NCBI GenBank assembly: GCA_016618085.1
Contig: JABLTG010000032.1
Span: 62,001-126,000, forward strand
Direction of reading: 5' to 3'
Source: Neovahlkampfia damariscottae
Taxonomy: Eukaryota
Length of the DNA: 64,000 nucleotides
Shown here one piece after another: positions 36,801-51,400 of the stretch. The position numbers were made by a program, and so were the translations under genes. Under the pieces are notes generated by a model. The model searched no databases and had not been told where the DNA came from. It worked only from the letters and a program-made list of their open reading frames with translations. Every line of letters starts with the position of its first letter. Position 1 is the first letter of the stretch.

Positions 36801-39275
36801 AATCCTTCATTTACTTCATTTTTCAAATCTTTAATTGATCTCTTTGAAAAACTGTCAATTGAACAAAAATCAATTCAATGGAGACAATTTCTTCAAAGAA
36901 ATAAAAACACAATACTTGCTGATTATGCAGACCCACATGTCACAACAACAGTTGAATTAGTATTGAGAGATGGTCTGGGAAATATTCAAAAGACAATAAC
37001 TGTTCAAATTCCGACATCAGATATTGAAAGAGATTTGAGTGTTACTTTAGGTGAAAAAGAAGGAACCAAAACAATTTTGACAAATGAAAGGATATTGCCT
37101 TCTGATCCATTAATCGATCCAATTTTGATTGTTAAAGGTGGTCTTTTTTCATTAGCAAGTTCAAATCCTTCAGTTGCTTCGTTACTTGGGAATCCTGCAT
37201 TTAATACTCATATAAATTCAATTCAAAATTGTGTTGAAGCAAATTCACAAAAATCATTGGTTGATTTAGAAAATGAAAGTTCAAAAAAAGATGTTGCTAT
37301 TTGTGCCAGACAATTATTCATTGGAAACTTTGCTCAAAATGAAGAAGAATTAGAAAAAAACTCAAAAGCATTGAAAATACCAAAAGCATTGGATAATGAT
37401 CACCATTCTCCAATAAGCGTTCCTTCTCCTTTAAGAGTACCTTTACTTGAACATCAACTTTCCAAAAGTGTTCCAGTGAGTCCAAAAATTGAAAAGAAAT
37501 CAAGTTTAAGAGATGAATTCGTTGAATTATTATCACCAAGAGGATCTCTTGATTCTCCAAGTGGATTCAAAGATTCTCCTATGCCTGAAAGAAGATCAAG
37601 TTCTGCTGGAACAAATTCATCAAAATTAGGAGCGAGATCAACAGTTTCAAAGAGACACTCTGGTTCCAGATTTAGTATTTTTGGAGGTGGTTTCTTTGGA
37701 GGAGGTAAAGATAAAGGTCCTTCATCAACTATTCAAGACACAGATATTGTTCTTGATGAATCAATGACAGATATCACATTTGGTATTTCAGTTTCAAATA
37801 AAGTTGTACCATCACTTGGAATAGCATTATCAGGTTATGGAATTTTAAATAATTACAAAGGAGAAGTAAATTCAAAAGTTACAGTTCAAGATATTTCACA
37901 TCATAATAATCCTAATGAATTTCCAGTTCCACAAAGTCAAACCTGTCGTGATACTCAACAAATACGTATCAAATTTTCAAGAAAAATGCATTTCAGACAT
38001 ATGATTATTCACATTAGAGCAACAGATAAAAAAATGTTGAAAGCTGATGATATCATTAAAACAACAGTTTATAATACCAAAACTCAAGAAATCATTCATT
38101 CAAGTGAAATTGTTGTTTATCCAGGTTGCACAAGATGGATGTCCATGTATGCTTATAAGAATCCAGATGATACTATTTGGAGATTGAGAAACTTAAATCA
38201 AGCATTATTAGGAAGTAAATCATCCATTGAACCACTATTACCATTAAAAGAAATTTATGAACCAAAATCACTTGTAGTTCGTATTCTCAAAGCTGAAGAT
38301 ATTCTTGGTATAAAAAATGGAACTTCAGATCCTTATTGTCAAATTTATTTTCAATTTTCAAAACAAAAATTCACTAAAAGTAAAACAAAAGTTTTATCAA
38401 AAACAACCAATCCTGAATGGAATCAACATTTTTCATTTCCACTTCATAAAGATGAATTGAATCCAAATTTCATTGTTGAAGTTTGGGATTATTCACAAAG
38501 CAAGTTTTTAGGTCAAATTAAAATTCCTCTACAAAGAATTGAAGTTCAAAGAATTATAAAATGTAAATTATCAAGAAGAGATGGTGCTTTATATTTAAAC
38601 ACAGATAAAGATATCAAAGGATCTGTTTTCATATATTTTGATGTTGATTATTTGAAAGATATGTGTGATAATAGTGATACAAAATTATTTGGTGTAGAAT
38701 TGAATGAAATCATGATAAGACCAGAAGAAACTGAAAAAACACCTTTGGGCATTCAATACTTGATTGATATCCTAAAAAAAGAAGGTCCAAATTTGGAAGG
38801 TATTTTTAGAGTTCCTGGAAAAAGTGAAGAAATTGAAGAGATGATTGACAAGTTGGAATATGGTGATGATGCATTTTATTATAAAGGAATGGTTAACGCA
38901 GTTGGTTCAACTTTAAAACAGTATTTAAGAGAAATGCCTGTTCCTTTAATGACTTATGATCTCTATGAAGACTTTATTCTATTATCAGATATATCTGAAA
39001 ATGATTTAGAATTTCAAAATCAAATTTCTGTTTTGATTAAAAAAATTCCGCAAAATTATCAAAATTTGTTATTTGAAGTAATGGATTTGGCAAAATGTAT
39101 TGAAAAAAAATCAAAAAAAAACAAAATGAATGCAGAGAATTTGGCTACTGTTCTTGGAGTTAATCTTTTACGTTCAAAAAGTGATGATCCTTTCAAACAA
39201 ATTAATGACATTTCAAAGGTTCAAAAAGTGTTTGCTAAAATGATACAATTGTATCCTACTTATTTTAATGAATAA
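33862..39275 (+). CDS. Large protein with degenerate FH2 (formin)-like regions, HeH/SAP-like motif, TerD-like region, C2 and RhoGAP domains
   Basis: LDQKQISNVELIL and KLQNLKS...SLLSYI (FH2-like); LSIKELTLKLRENNIDYSGCVEK; TSDPYC...TTNPEWNQ (C2); EGIFRVPG...LKQYLREMPVPL...NKMNAENLA (RhoGAP); intron near 34551-34590. Confidence 0.75.
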
Positions 39276-39360
39276 CAAATTTTCTTCTAAAAAATCGTTT
39301 TCGGGAAAATTGATTTATATTTGGATTTCTTTAAACCAATAGGAATAATTTTAAGATTGA

Positions 39361-40357
39361 ATGTGGTGCAGTGCTCATGAGAATCGGATAATTTCTTACT
39401 GTGATAAATGTAATAATCCCGTTTGTATACAATGTTGCGAGCATGAAAAGAAAATTCAAGATACAACTCTGTTATTAAAGAAACTTCAAGATAAAAAATT
39501 TGATATTTTTTTGTCAAAGTTTTCAACAGAAAATGAAAAAGAAATTTCTCAAGTTGAAGAAAAAATAAAGTTATTATTGAATCAAAAAGAAAAATTGATA
39601 AAAAAAGCTAAAACTATTCAACAATTAACACAAGAAATTTCAAACATCTCAGAAGATACCAAATTCGAAGATTTAATTTATTTAGAAAAATCAGTTGACG
39701 TAATTTGTCATAAAAAATTGGCCACTATCAGTAATTAAATTCAACTTTTAACGTCAAGATTTTGATTTCAAACCATCAAGTCAAATTGAAAAAGAAAAAA
39801 GTTTATTAGAGCTGAACAAAGTGTTAAAGCATACAATGAAACCGATTTCGAAGATTTTACATCTGAAAGTTTTGATATTAGGATTGGAAGATGCTGGTAA
39901 AACAGTTTTGTTGTACAAGTGGAAACTTGATGATATCATAACAACAATACCAACCATTGGATTCAATATTGAAACAATTTTATACAAGAATCTATGTGTT
40001 AATTTTTGGGATGTAGGTGGCAATGACAGGATCCGTCCATTTTGGACTTCGTACTACGTTGGATGTCATTTTATTTGTTTTGTTGTTGATACATCAGATC
40101 TTGAAAGAAAACAAGAATCAATTGAAGTTTTCAAGGATGTTATCAATGATAATGAGTCAAAGAATGCAAATTTAATTCTAATTTGTAACAAAAAAGATAT
40201 ACAAAGAATTCAAATTAGTGAAATTATCAACGACTTTGGTTTGGAAATATTAGACAGAAAGTATTTCATTTTTGAGACCAGCTATAATGAGAAGGAACAA
40301 GATAAATTATTTGAATGGATGCAAGAGAATATTCCATATATCCCTCAAATTGATTGA
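39361..40357 (+). CDS. B-box + coiled coil + ARF-family GTPase fusion
   Basis: CSAH...[13 protein letters not shown]; intron 39731-39758 keeps frame into [26 protein letters not shown]. Confidence 0.8.
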
Positions 40358-40733
40358 AAAACATTAAACACATGAGAATTCAAACACATACATAAGTCTT
40401 TCAACAAAAAGTTGCTTCACCAAGCGTCCACTGACTGTTCGAAATCAACAAATTTTTTTGACACAAGAATGGAGTATGGATTTGATTTCTTGTTTGTATT
40501 AAATGGAATTCTCAATCAAATTGATTTAATAAATTTTATAAATATTTGAAGTTAAAAATGAATATCAAGATTCTGGTTTCAATCAAATAATTCATGTTCA
40601 CACTTTTCTTATTTTCAAAAATGGAATTGAAATGATTCAAAAACAAATATTTCTAGATTGTAATATTCCTTGAAACTCTAAAAATCCACTTCCAGTTTAA
40701 GATTACAATTAATCATTTTTTTAAAAATAACTT

Positions 40734-43139
<2,406 letters not shown>

Positions 43140-43249
43140 CACCACCTCAAATTTTGAACTGATTTTTCAAAATGAAATGATTGGCGGAAAAATTGACCAA
43201 TTCAACAAGAAGAATGGAAAAAAAAAAAAATTTTATAAATTATTTACAT

Positions 43250-44804
43250 TTAAAAAGTTATTGTTAACCCATTTTCAACACCATTGATTAAATGATTCAT
43301 TCTTGTGTTTGATGATTTTGTTAAAGAAAGAACATCTTCACGAGAATATTCTTCTTCACCTTCAAGTATTCCGCTCAACTTTTCAGTTGTCTTTTCAAGC
43401 TCCTGTTGTAAATATTCAAACAAATTTTTTTCCGAAACATCTTCCAAGTAGTAAGCATAAACATATGAATATTTTAAAATTCTACGTGATTGATATAATT
43501 GTTCAACAGCTTTTTCCATATAATCTACATCTATCCATGAAGAATAAATCAAATTTGAACACTCTAAATTTTCTAATTTTTCCAAACATTTTTTTTTCAA
43601 TTTTTGTTCTAATTTCAAAGACCTTTCGTGATTCTGAAATCTCTGAAAGTAATGCATATACTTTTCAAGTGCTGCTCTAGCTGTTTGAAAGTTTTTCTTG
43701 TTTAATTTTTCCAAATCAGTTTCTTTAAATCGATTACAAGAATAATAACCACCTGTTTCAGTTCCGTGTAATTTTTTCCATTCTCCCATACAAACCCAAC
43801 AAAATTCATATTTACATTGAGTACTAAACAAAAAAATAACGTCAATAAATGATATTTCAAACCATGCCATGTGATTACAACCACCATTTTTTTCAATACT
43901 TCTGTTACACTTTGGACAATCTTTTGTATTAGCAACCAAGTAATTTCCAGTTTCACTTTCATCTGAAGCTTTTTTTTTCCAAAGTTTCATTTGTTCACAA
44001 CTTGCAGGTGTGTGAGCTTCTTCATTACATTTAAAGCAAAATGTATTTCCACAAGCACATTTAACAGCTGATTTAGTTGTATCAGGACAGTATACAGCCT
44101 TTCCACAATCTGGAGCTGGACACCATTTAATCTTTGGATTGTCATCAACAAATGATCTGGACAAAAATTTTTCATATTTTTTCTTGAAGTCCATATGTAC
44201 TGTTTGACTAACAATAGATTCATTTACTGTAATATTACATTTTGGAAATGGACATGTTACTAATAAACAACTTGGTCCTTCAGAAATTGCCGTGTGTAGA
44301 TAATTTTGCCAACAATTCAGACAAATGAAATGATTACAGCTTAGAGACATCATTTCATCACCTGATACATCATCAAAACAAATTCCACATTCAAATTCTT
44401 CGTCTTTTGATCCAGCTATCAAAAATGATTCACGAGTGAGACATGAATGATCTATTCCTGCTTTTCTACAAACCAACTTTTTATTTTCAAAAAAGTCACT
44501 GTATAATCTATGGTTTATTAATGTTAAAACAAAATGTTTTTTACTTTTCAACATTCCATTGATATGCTCTGAGTAATGTTCCTGAAATGCAAACAGGTAC
44601 GCTTAATGTGTTACTTATATCTATAATTTCATATTGTTGTTTATTAACTAAATCAACTACATCTAAAGAAACAAATTCTTTTTCTTTTTTTGTTGTTGGT
44701 TGAGTAACTGGAATGAATTGATCAACTTCGTCATCGGAAGAAGGCATTTCGTATTCACAATTTTCGTTTTCCAAATCCATAGCTAAGTAAGAAAAACTTG
44801 TCAT
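43250..44804 (-). CDS. Ariadne-family RBR E3 ubiquitin ligase
   Basis: RING1 CGIC..CNHFICLNC, IBR KWCPAPDC, RING2 CPKCNRSIEKNGGCNHMA|CTQC, Ariadne domain. The start may lie further upstream. Confidence 0.9.
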
Positions 44805-45256
44805 TGAACTTCCTTTTTCTTCTGGCTTTGGTAAATAACTCGAGTTGACTTGTTGAACATTTTGAGATTTTCTTGTTTTTTCTTCGTTTATTTGTTTTTT
44901 TGGAAGAGTTTCATGCTTTTTTTTGTTCTTTTTTTTGATCTCTTTGATGAGTTTGACTATAAACATCAACTCTTTGCTGTTGCTGTTTTTGTGAAGTTAA
45001 AACTAATTATAGGCACGGAGGATTTTTTATTGGATGATTTTTACGAACTAATTTATTGAGTTCGAAAACATTTGTAAGACAGTTTTTATTTTTTTAGCAA
45101 TGTTAAAAAAAAGAGACGTTGGATTGACACAGTTTTTGATTGGAACAAAAAAAAAACACAGTTCTTTTTTAAGAAGATACAATAAAAATAAAAAGTGATC
45201 AAAACTTGAAAAGGTTTCAGGATGAAAATCTCATGTGTTTTCAAAAAAAAGATTTT

Positions 45257-48045
45257 TTATTCATTGGTTTCTTCGTTCACTGGTCGGAAAACGACATTTG
45301 AAGATTCAAGATTTGGTTGATTTTGCAGTGGTCTATAAATTACGTTTGTATTTTGGAGTGTATCTATTTGATTCACAGATACACTTTGAGTTCTTGATTG
45401 AGGTACAACTTCAACAGTTCTATAAGTTTCAACTGGTTGATTTGCAATTTGATATGTCATTGCAACTGTTGACTTCTGGATTTCATTTTCTTTCATATAT
45501 TTCTCCTGCAATTTTTCTTCTTTTTCTTGTTGCTTCTGATCTTTTATGATTTCTTTTAACTCCACATTTCTTTCTTTCATATTTTTCACATCTTTCCAAG
45601 TGATGAATATGTAAATCCCTTCAATAATACGATCTTTAAGATACATAAAAAACACACGTGAATAAGCAAAAACAGAAACTGTTGAAAGTACCAATAGGAT
45701 TGAAGGATAATATCCAAAGTTATCTTTTGTTGTAATGAATTCTGCATTATCTTCCAGATTGATTTCATAATTTGCTTCACCAATTTTTGAAATAGTTCTA
45801 ACTCCAATTGTAGGTTTTGAACAATAGTATTTTTTGTTTTCTTCAGTATTGATTTTGTTATTTTGATAGTATTTTGAAGAATGTGTTGGTCTTACAAATT
45901 GTATTGAAGAAGGAGTTAATTTGTAATTGACATCAAAAAGTTTCTTTTGGTTCTTTGATAACTTATAACATTGATAAGTTTTAGTTGAATCACAAGTTCC
46001 ATTCAAATTAAAACAGACATCAGTCACAGTATAATTTGAATTTGATTTTGAAACAAATACATTTGCATGTGAAACAGGAGGAATAGTCGTATTTTCATTG
46101 AAATAAAAATGATTATAAGTAGCTCCAATTGTTGGAACTCTGGTTTCATAAAAATCTGGAGTTTGAATGTATTCAAGAATATCACTTGATTTTACAAATT
46201 GTGGTCTCTTTAAAAAATTATAAACTGATGATCCTCCATACGCAAGCCAACAAATAAATACGAATAAGTATGCTCCATAGTTCAAAATCCAATCTGAAAG
46301 TAATTTAACACTTTGTCCTTTTTCAACAATCTTTGAAGTTCTGTAAACAAAGAATTCTATTGGTGGTGATAATATATCATATAGAAACAATATCACCTGT
46401 CTCAATAGTGTTCCAAAGATAGAAGCAGTCAAAAATGCAGTTAATACTTAAGGAGAGTGTTTAGTGCTGAAATTTCTTACTTGGTACTAAACTACTGACT
46501 GTCAAAGGTACCCACGTTTCTCGATATGTTATGTCACTGGATGATGTGAATTCAATTGTTGTGTCACATGAACCTGAGCATTTGGAAACTTTTTGAAATA
46601 TTTCATATCTTTGAATTGGGAGGAATTGAATTGGAGTAAAAGCTGATTGAAATCTGATATAAAATTTGTTCAAGCTTTGTAAACTCAATTCAAAACATGT
46701 ATATTCACTGTAATCACGCAACAAATTGTTTCCAAGTAAATACGTATTGATACAAATTGATTTTGTGTTATTTGTGACATTGAGTGCATGTGTTGAAGCA
46801 AATCTATGTGAAATAAATGGATTTACATTTGGTGATAATTGAAGAGTTTTACAATCTTTTTCTTTGCAACATAAATTTTTTGGTGAATTTTTGTCATACT
46901 TGTCACAAAAATAATACCTCGGAATTTGATTTTGTAATTCAAAACTTGGTTCTATATGCTTTATACTTAACACAGGAAAGTTTGTTCTGATTTCATTTTC
47001 AACAAAAATTCCGAGAAAAGTAAGTTGACCAATGATTGTAAATACAATCAAACAACAAAACATGCTATTTTCTGGAATGCATTTTATCCTTTCTTGGAAT
47101 GTTAATCTTACAGGAAATATACAATTTGTGCAACAACCCTTCATATATTCACAACATAAGAAAAACATACTGAATGTTGCAAAGATTGAAATGATCAACA
47201 TCAAATATTCTTCATATTTGATAGTTTCTTTGTAAAACTGTAATTTTGCAAAATTATGAACTAAATAAATATTAAATGCTGACGTTCCATTATTTTGAAT
47301 ATTTGAAAAATCACCAATTGGAGTTTCAGTTTCAAAATCATAAATTATCAATTCACGACAATCTGAATCAAATTGATAATAATCATAGGAAATAGACTTG
47401 AAAAATTAGTTGGAAAAATTGATTTTACAAATGTTTGATTTGTCATTGTTTCGTTTGACAATATATTTCCATTGAATAAGTTGTAACAAATTGTTGAATT
47501 TTTCAATGAAGAACAAGATGTTTTTATGAAACAAATGGAAGCATCACCACCTATATTTTCAAAAGGATTTGGTAATCCATCAATATTGATGGTTAACATA
47601 TTTTCATGACTAAATACCGATGTTTTGTGAAAGGAAATTCTTTCACTGTGTGTACAAAGAGCTCTACAGATAGGTTTTGTACTTTCATTAAAAACTTGAA
47701 AAGGTGAAAATACTGAGTTAGCAATGTAATAATTTGGTATCAATTGAGTTGGTTTGTATACAAATTCTTCAACAATTTGTGACTTTGTTATAAATAGAAT
47801 AATAAGAACAGCAATAAACACAGCAGAAGCCAATAAAGCACAAAAACATGTACAAATACCTTTTGAAAATATAAGTATTTCTTTTTCTTTTTTCTACTTC
47901 CAACACAATTTGAAATAATTCTTCGTCTTTTGTTCCTTACGTTGGAGATGAGAAATTTATTTTTTCTTTTTTCTCTTTGTTCTTCTGTTTTGGCTGGCCA
48001 TATTTTTTCATAAATATAATCCCAAATATCGGAAAATGAGCACAT
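45257..48045 (-). CDS. Six-TM protein built from three tandem TM-ectodomain-TM modules
   Basis: Four ORFs join in frame via introns near 47860-47897, 47363-47397 and 46447-46480. Three Cys- and N-glycosylation-site-rich loops, each bracketed by hydrophobic segments. Confidence 0.6.
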
Positions 48046-48154
48046 AACTTCACCAACACTTCACAATTTGAAAATCAAAATGATTGGATAAAAATAGTTG
48101 CATCAACTGGAAAATGAATGACCCAGAAGAAAAATAAAAGAAATTAATATGATT

Positions 48155-48370
48155 TTATTCTTTCAGGAATTTAAGTTGAGATTCACTTGAATGGAGTAAT
48201 GCAAGATGTAGATTGGCACTCCAATCTGTTCTTGGGATTTTTGTTCCACAAATTGTGCAAATCATGAAAGATTTCTTTGAATTCTTTTCAAGTGTTTGTT
48301 TCAACATAGATTTTCTCTTTCTTGATTCTGGAGTAGGAACTTTGATTGGAGCTTTCTTTGCTTGTTTCAT
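48155..48370 (-). CDS. Small basic protein with C2H2-like zinc finger
   Basis: FMICTICGTKIPRTDWSANLHLALLH; paralog at 54014-54310. Confidence 0.6.
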   Translation of the reverse strand: MKQAKKAPIKVPTPESRKRKSMLKQTLEKNSKKSFMICTICGTKIPRTDWSANLHLALLHSSESQLKFLKE

Positions 48371-48451
48371 AACTTGTTCTGAATGACAGACACAATGTTC
48401 GTTGAAATCGGTTGACTGAATTCATTGGTTCATAAAATTAACAAGAGTTAT

Positions 48452-51400
48452 TTAAAAGGAAATTGGATCTCCATCTTTTGATATTTTTATTTCTCCTTTC
48501 CATTCAGAAGGTAAGATCATTGGTTGATAAAATTTGCAAACAGAAACATAATACTCAACAATTCCTTTCACATCCATTGATTTAAAAACAGCTAATGCTT
48601 CATCAAACTTTTTTTCAGAGAAAAATTCAACACCAAGATTAAATTGTTCGATATCCAAAAGAAGAGAATCTTTTTTTGAATTGATTGCATATAGTTTCTT
48701 TGAATGAAATTGACCTTTCAAAATGAAAGATCCAAGATAGTAACAATCAATTTCTTCGTATTTAATAATTTGAAAAATCTCTTCTGTGATGATCATATTA
48801 ACTCCCAATGTTTTGGTTAAATTTTCCATTCTTGAAGCTGTGTTCACAGTACTACTGATAGCAGTAGCATCTAAACGTTTTTCAAATCCAAGTGTGCCAA
48901 TCATAACATTTCCATAAGCTATTCCAACTCCAATTTTTATTGGAATAACACGATTTGAATTTAATTCATTCATGGTTTCGATCATTTGAACTCCAGCTAA
49001 AACTCCATCCATTGGAGATTCTGGAAATATTGCCATGACACAATCACCAATGAATTTATCAACAAAACCATTATTTGATGATATTGAAGGAGCAAGTTCT
49101 CCTAAAATATTATTAACAAATTTGAAGCTTTCTTTAGCATTCATTTTATCTGAAATTGAAGTAAAATCACGAATGTCTGAAAATAAGATTGTCATTTTCT
49201 TTTCGACTGAATCTGAAGGTTGAAGATTTCTGATGTCTTTCTTTTCCAATAAATTTAAAAATTGGGCTGGTAAGAATCTAGCATACGCTTCATTGATAGT
49301 TTTAACATCTTCATATAAATTAGAATTTTCAATTGAAATAGCGACTTGTGAAAGCACATGCTTTAAAATGAACTTTCTACTTTCTGTAAATGCTCCAATC
49401 ATTGAGTTATTCTCCAAATAAAGAATTCCAGATAATTTCTTTCCTTTGAGAATTGGAGCACATAAAACTGATTTTATAGATTTCTTTTGAACATAGATGT
49501 CATTAGCAAGATCTTGTTTTGCGTTATGATAAATGATCATTTCTCTCTGATTCAAACATTGATTGAATATCTTGATTGACAAAAAATTACATTCTAATGT
49601 GATTTCTTCATTTTGTTGCAATGACTTTTTATTTGAAACTTCACTATGAACAAAGAATTTTCCATTTTCATTGAGAATGATAAACCCTTTTTCAGCTCCT
49701 GCATTTTCAACAATGACTTTGTTAAGCTTTTTAAGTAATTTTTCTTTATCTAAATCTTCAGTGATGGCGGTGGCTGATTTAATGATTGTTTGGATATCAA
49801 TATTTGGAGCACCAGAAGTAGTAGTTGAGAAATTAGCTGTTCCAAAACTAATCACTTGGTTTGAAGAATTTGAGCTTGTACTGACATTTGATATTTCAGA
49901 GTCTCTTCGAAGTACAATATGTCTGTATTTACAAACAGCATTCATGTTTTTGAATTTTTCAAATGCTTCTGACCAAAGAACTTTTGCATATGATTTGTGA
50001 ATGATTTTTTTTTCACAAAATCTAGCAAAGTATTCATAAGCCAAAGCTTCAACCCATGGACTTTTCGCAGATGTAAGAATTGACTGTTCAAATAGCTCAA
50101 ATATATCTGAATTTCTTTCTTTGTTGATTGTTGCAATGAGAGCTTTTGCCAAGTAATATCTACAACCAAAATATTTTGTGTTCATCATGTTGAACTTTTC
50201 TAAAATTTCAAAACTTTTTTTCATCGCTTCAAATGAATCATTTTCTGGAGAATAATTCTCAAAATGAATTAATATCCTGTAAAAAGGTGAATCAAGATAA
50301 TGTGGCAATGCCATGTTTTCTCTTGGAAATTCCTCGTTTAATAAATCAATTGCTTCTTTTGCTTCTGTGAATTTCTTCAATAAATATGCTGAAACAGCTT
50401 TGTGAAATGTGTAACTAAATCTTCCCCAAGGAATTGTTTCAAAACCAGGTATCTTCAAATCAGGTGTATATTCATGTTCTTTTCCAGTAATAACTTTAAT
50501 GGTTTGAAGATTACAAGAAATGCAATCACCAATAAAAACATGTTTTGCATTATAAACTAAATTAGCAGCTTCTGTCATTTTTTGATGAAAATTTTCATAA
50601 CTTGTCCCATTGAGAACAGTAGCATTTGAATTACAAAAATAAGCATATGAACCCCATGACTTTTCTCCTATACTATGTCCAAACATTGCACTGTATTCAA
50701 GTAATTTCATAAGTTCTGTAGCGTTGAAATTAAAAGGAGCTGAAAGTCCAGTATAAAACTTGGTGTAAAAAGCTTGAATAGGATTTGTGATGTTTTTCAT
50801 CATTTTATGAGCAATATGACCCATAATTTGTGGTTTTGGATCCAAGAAATAAGCTTGAGAAAACCAACTTGCTGCTGCTAAAAGTGAAGGAAGAATTGGA
50901 TGATTTCCATGCTTGATTGCCAATTTCACACCTAATAACAATGAAGCAGTAGATAAATGAGGTAAACATGCTTGAAAATGAAGAGGCATATTAACTTCTG
51001 TGTAATATCTCGTTAATAAAATAATTTCTTCGTCTGCTTGTTTTGGTATGGCATCCAATAACTCTTGTTCTGATTCGATATTTTTGAAGAAATCATTGAC
51101 TTCATCAAACAAATTCTGGATCCAAATGTCAAATAGTTTCATATCTTTTCTTGGCATATCTTTGGAAATATCATATAAATCAAAAATTTGAAAGGTCAAA
51201 TTAACAGCATTTTTGAAATCTGCCATGATTGTTAAGAGATTTGCATATTCAATATTAACCTTCAAGGTTTCAAAATCAGTTTTTGTGTGCTTGAGTAATT
51301 CATCATAAATTTTTGATGATTCTTCATTTTGATACGATAAATAAAAATGATGAGCCAATGAATGATAAACACGAAATGTAGTTTCGTGATCAAGTTCCCA

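Noticed and set aside
40370..40700. Coding-like fragments between the ARF and AFG3 genes
   Set aside because: Multiple stops and no consistent splice model; at most a decayed remnant.
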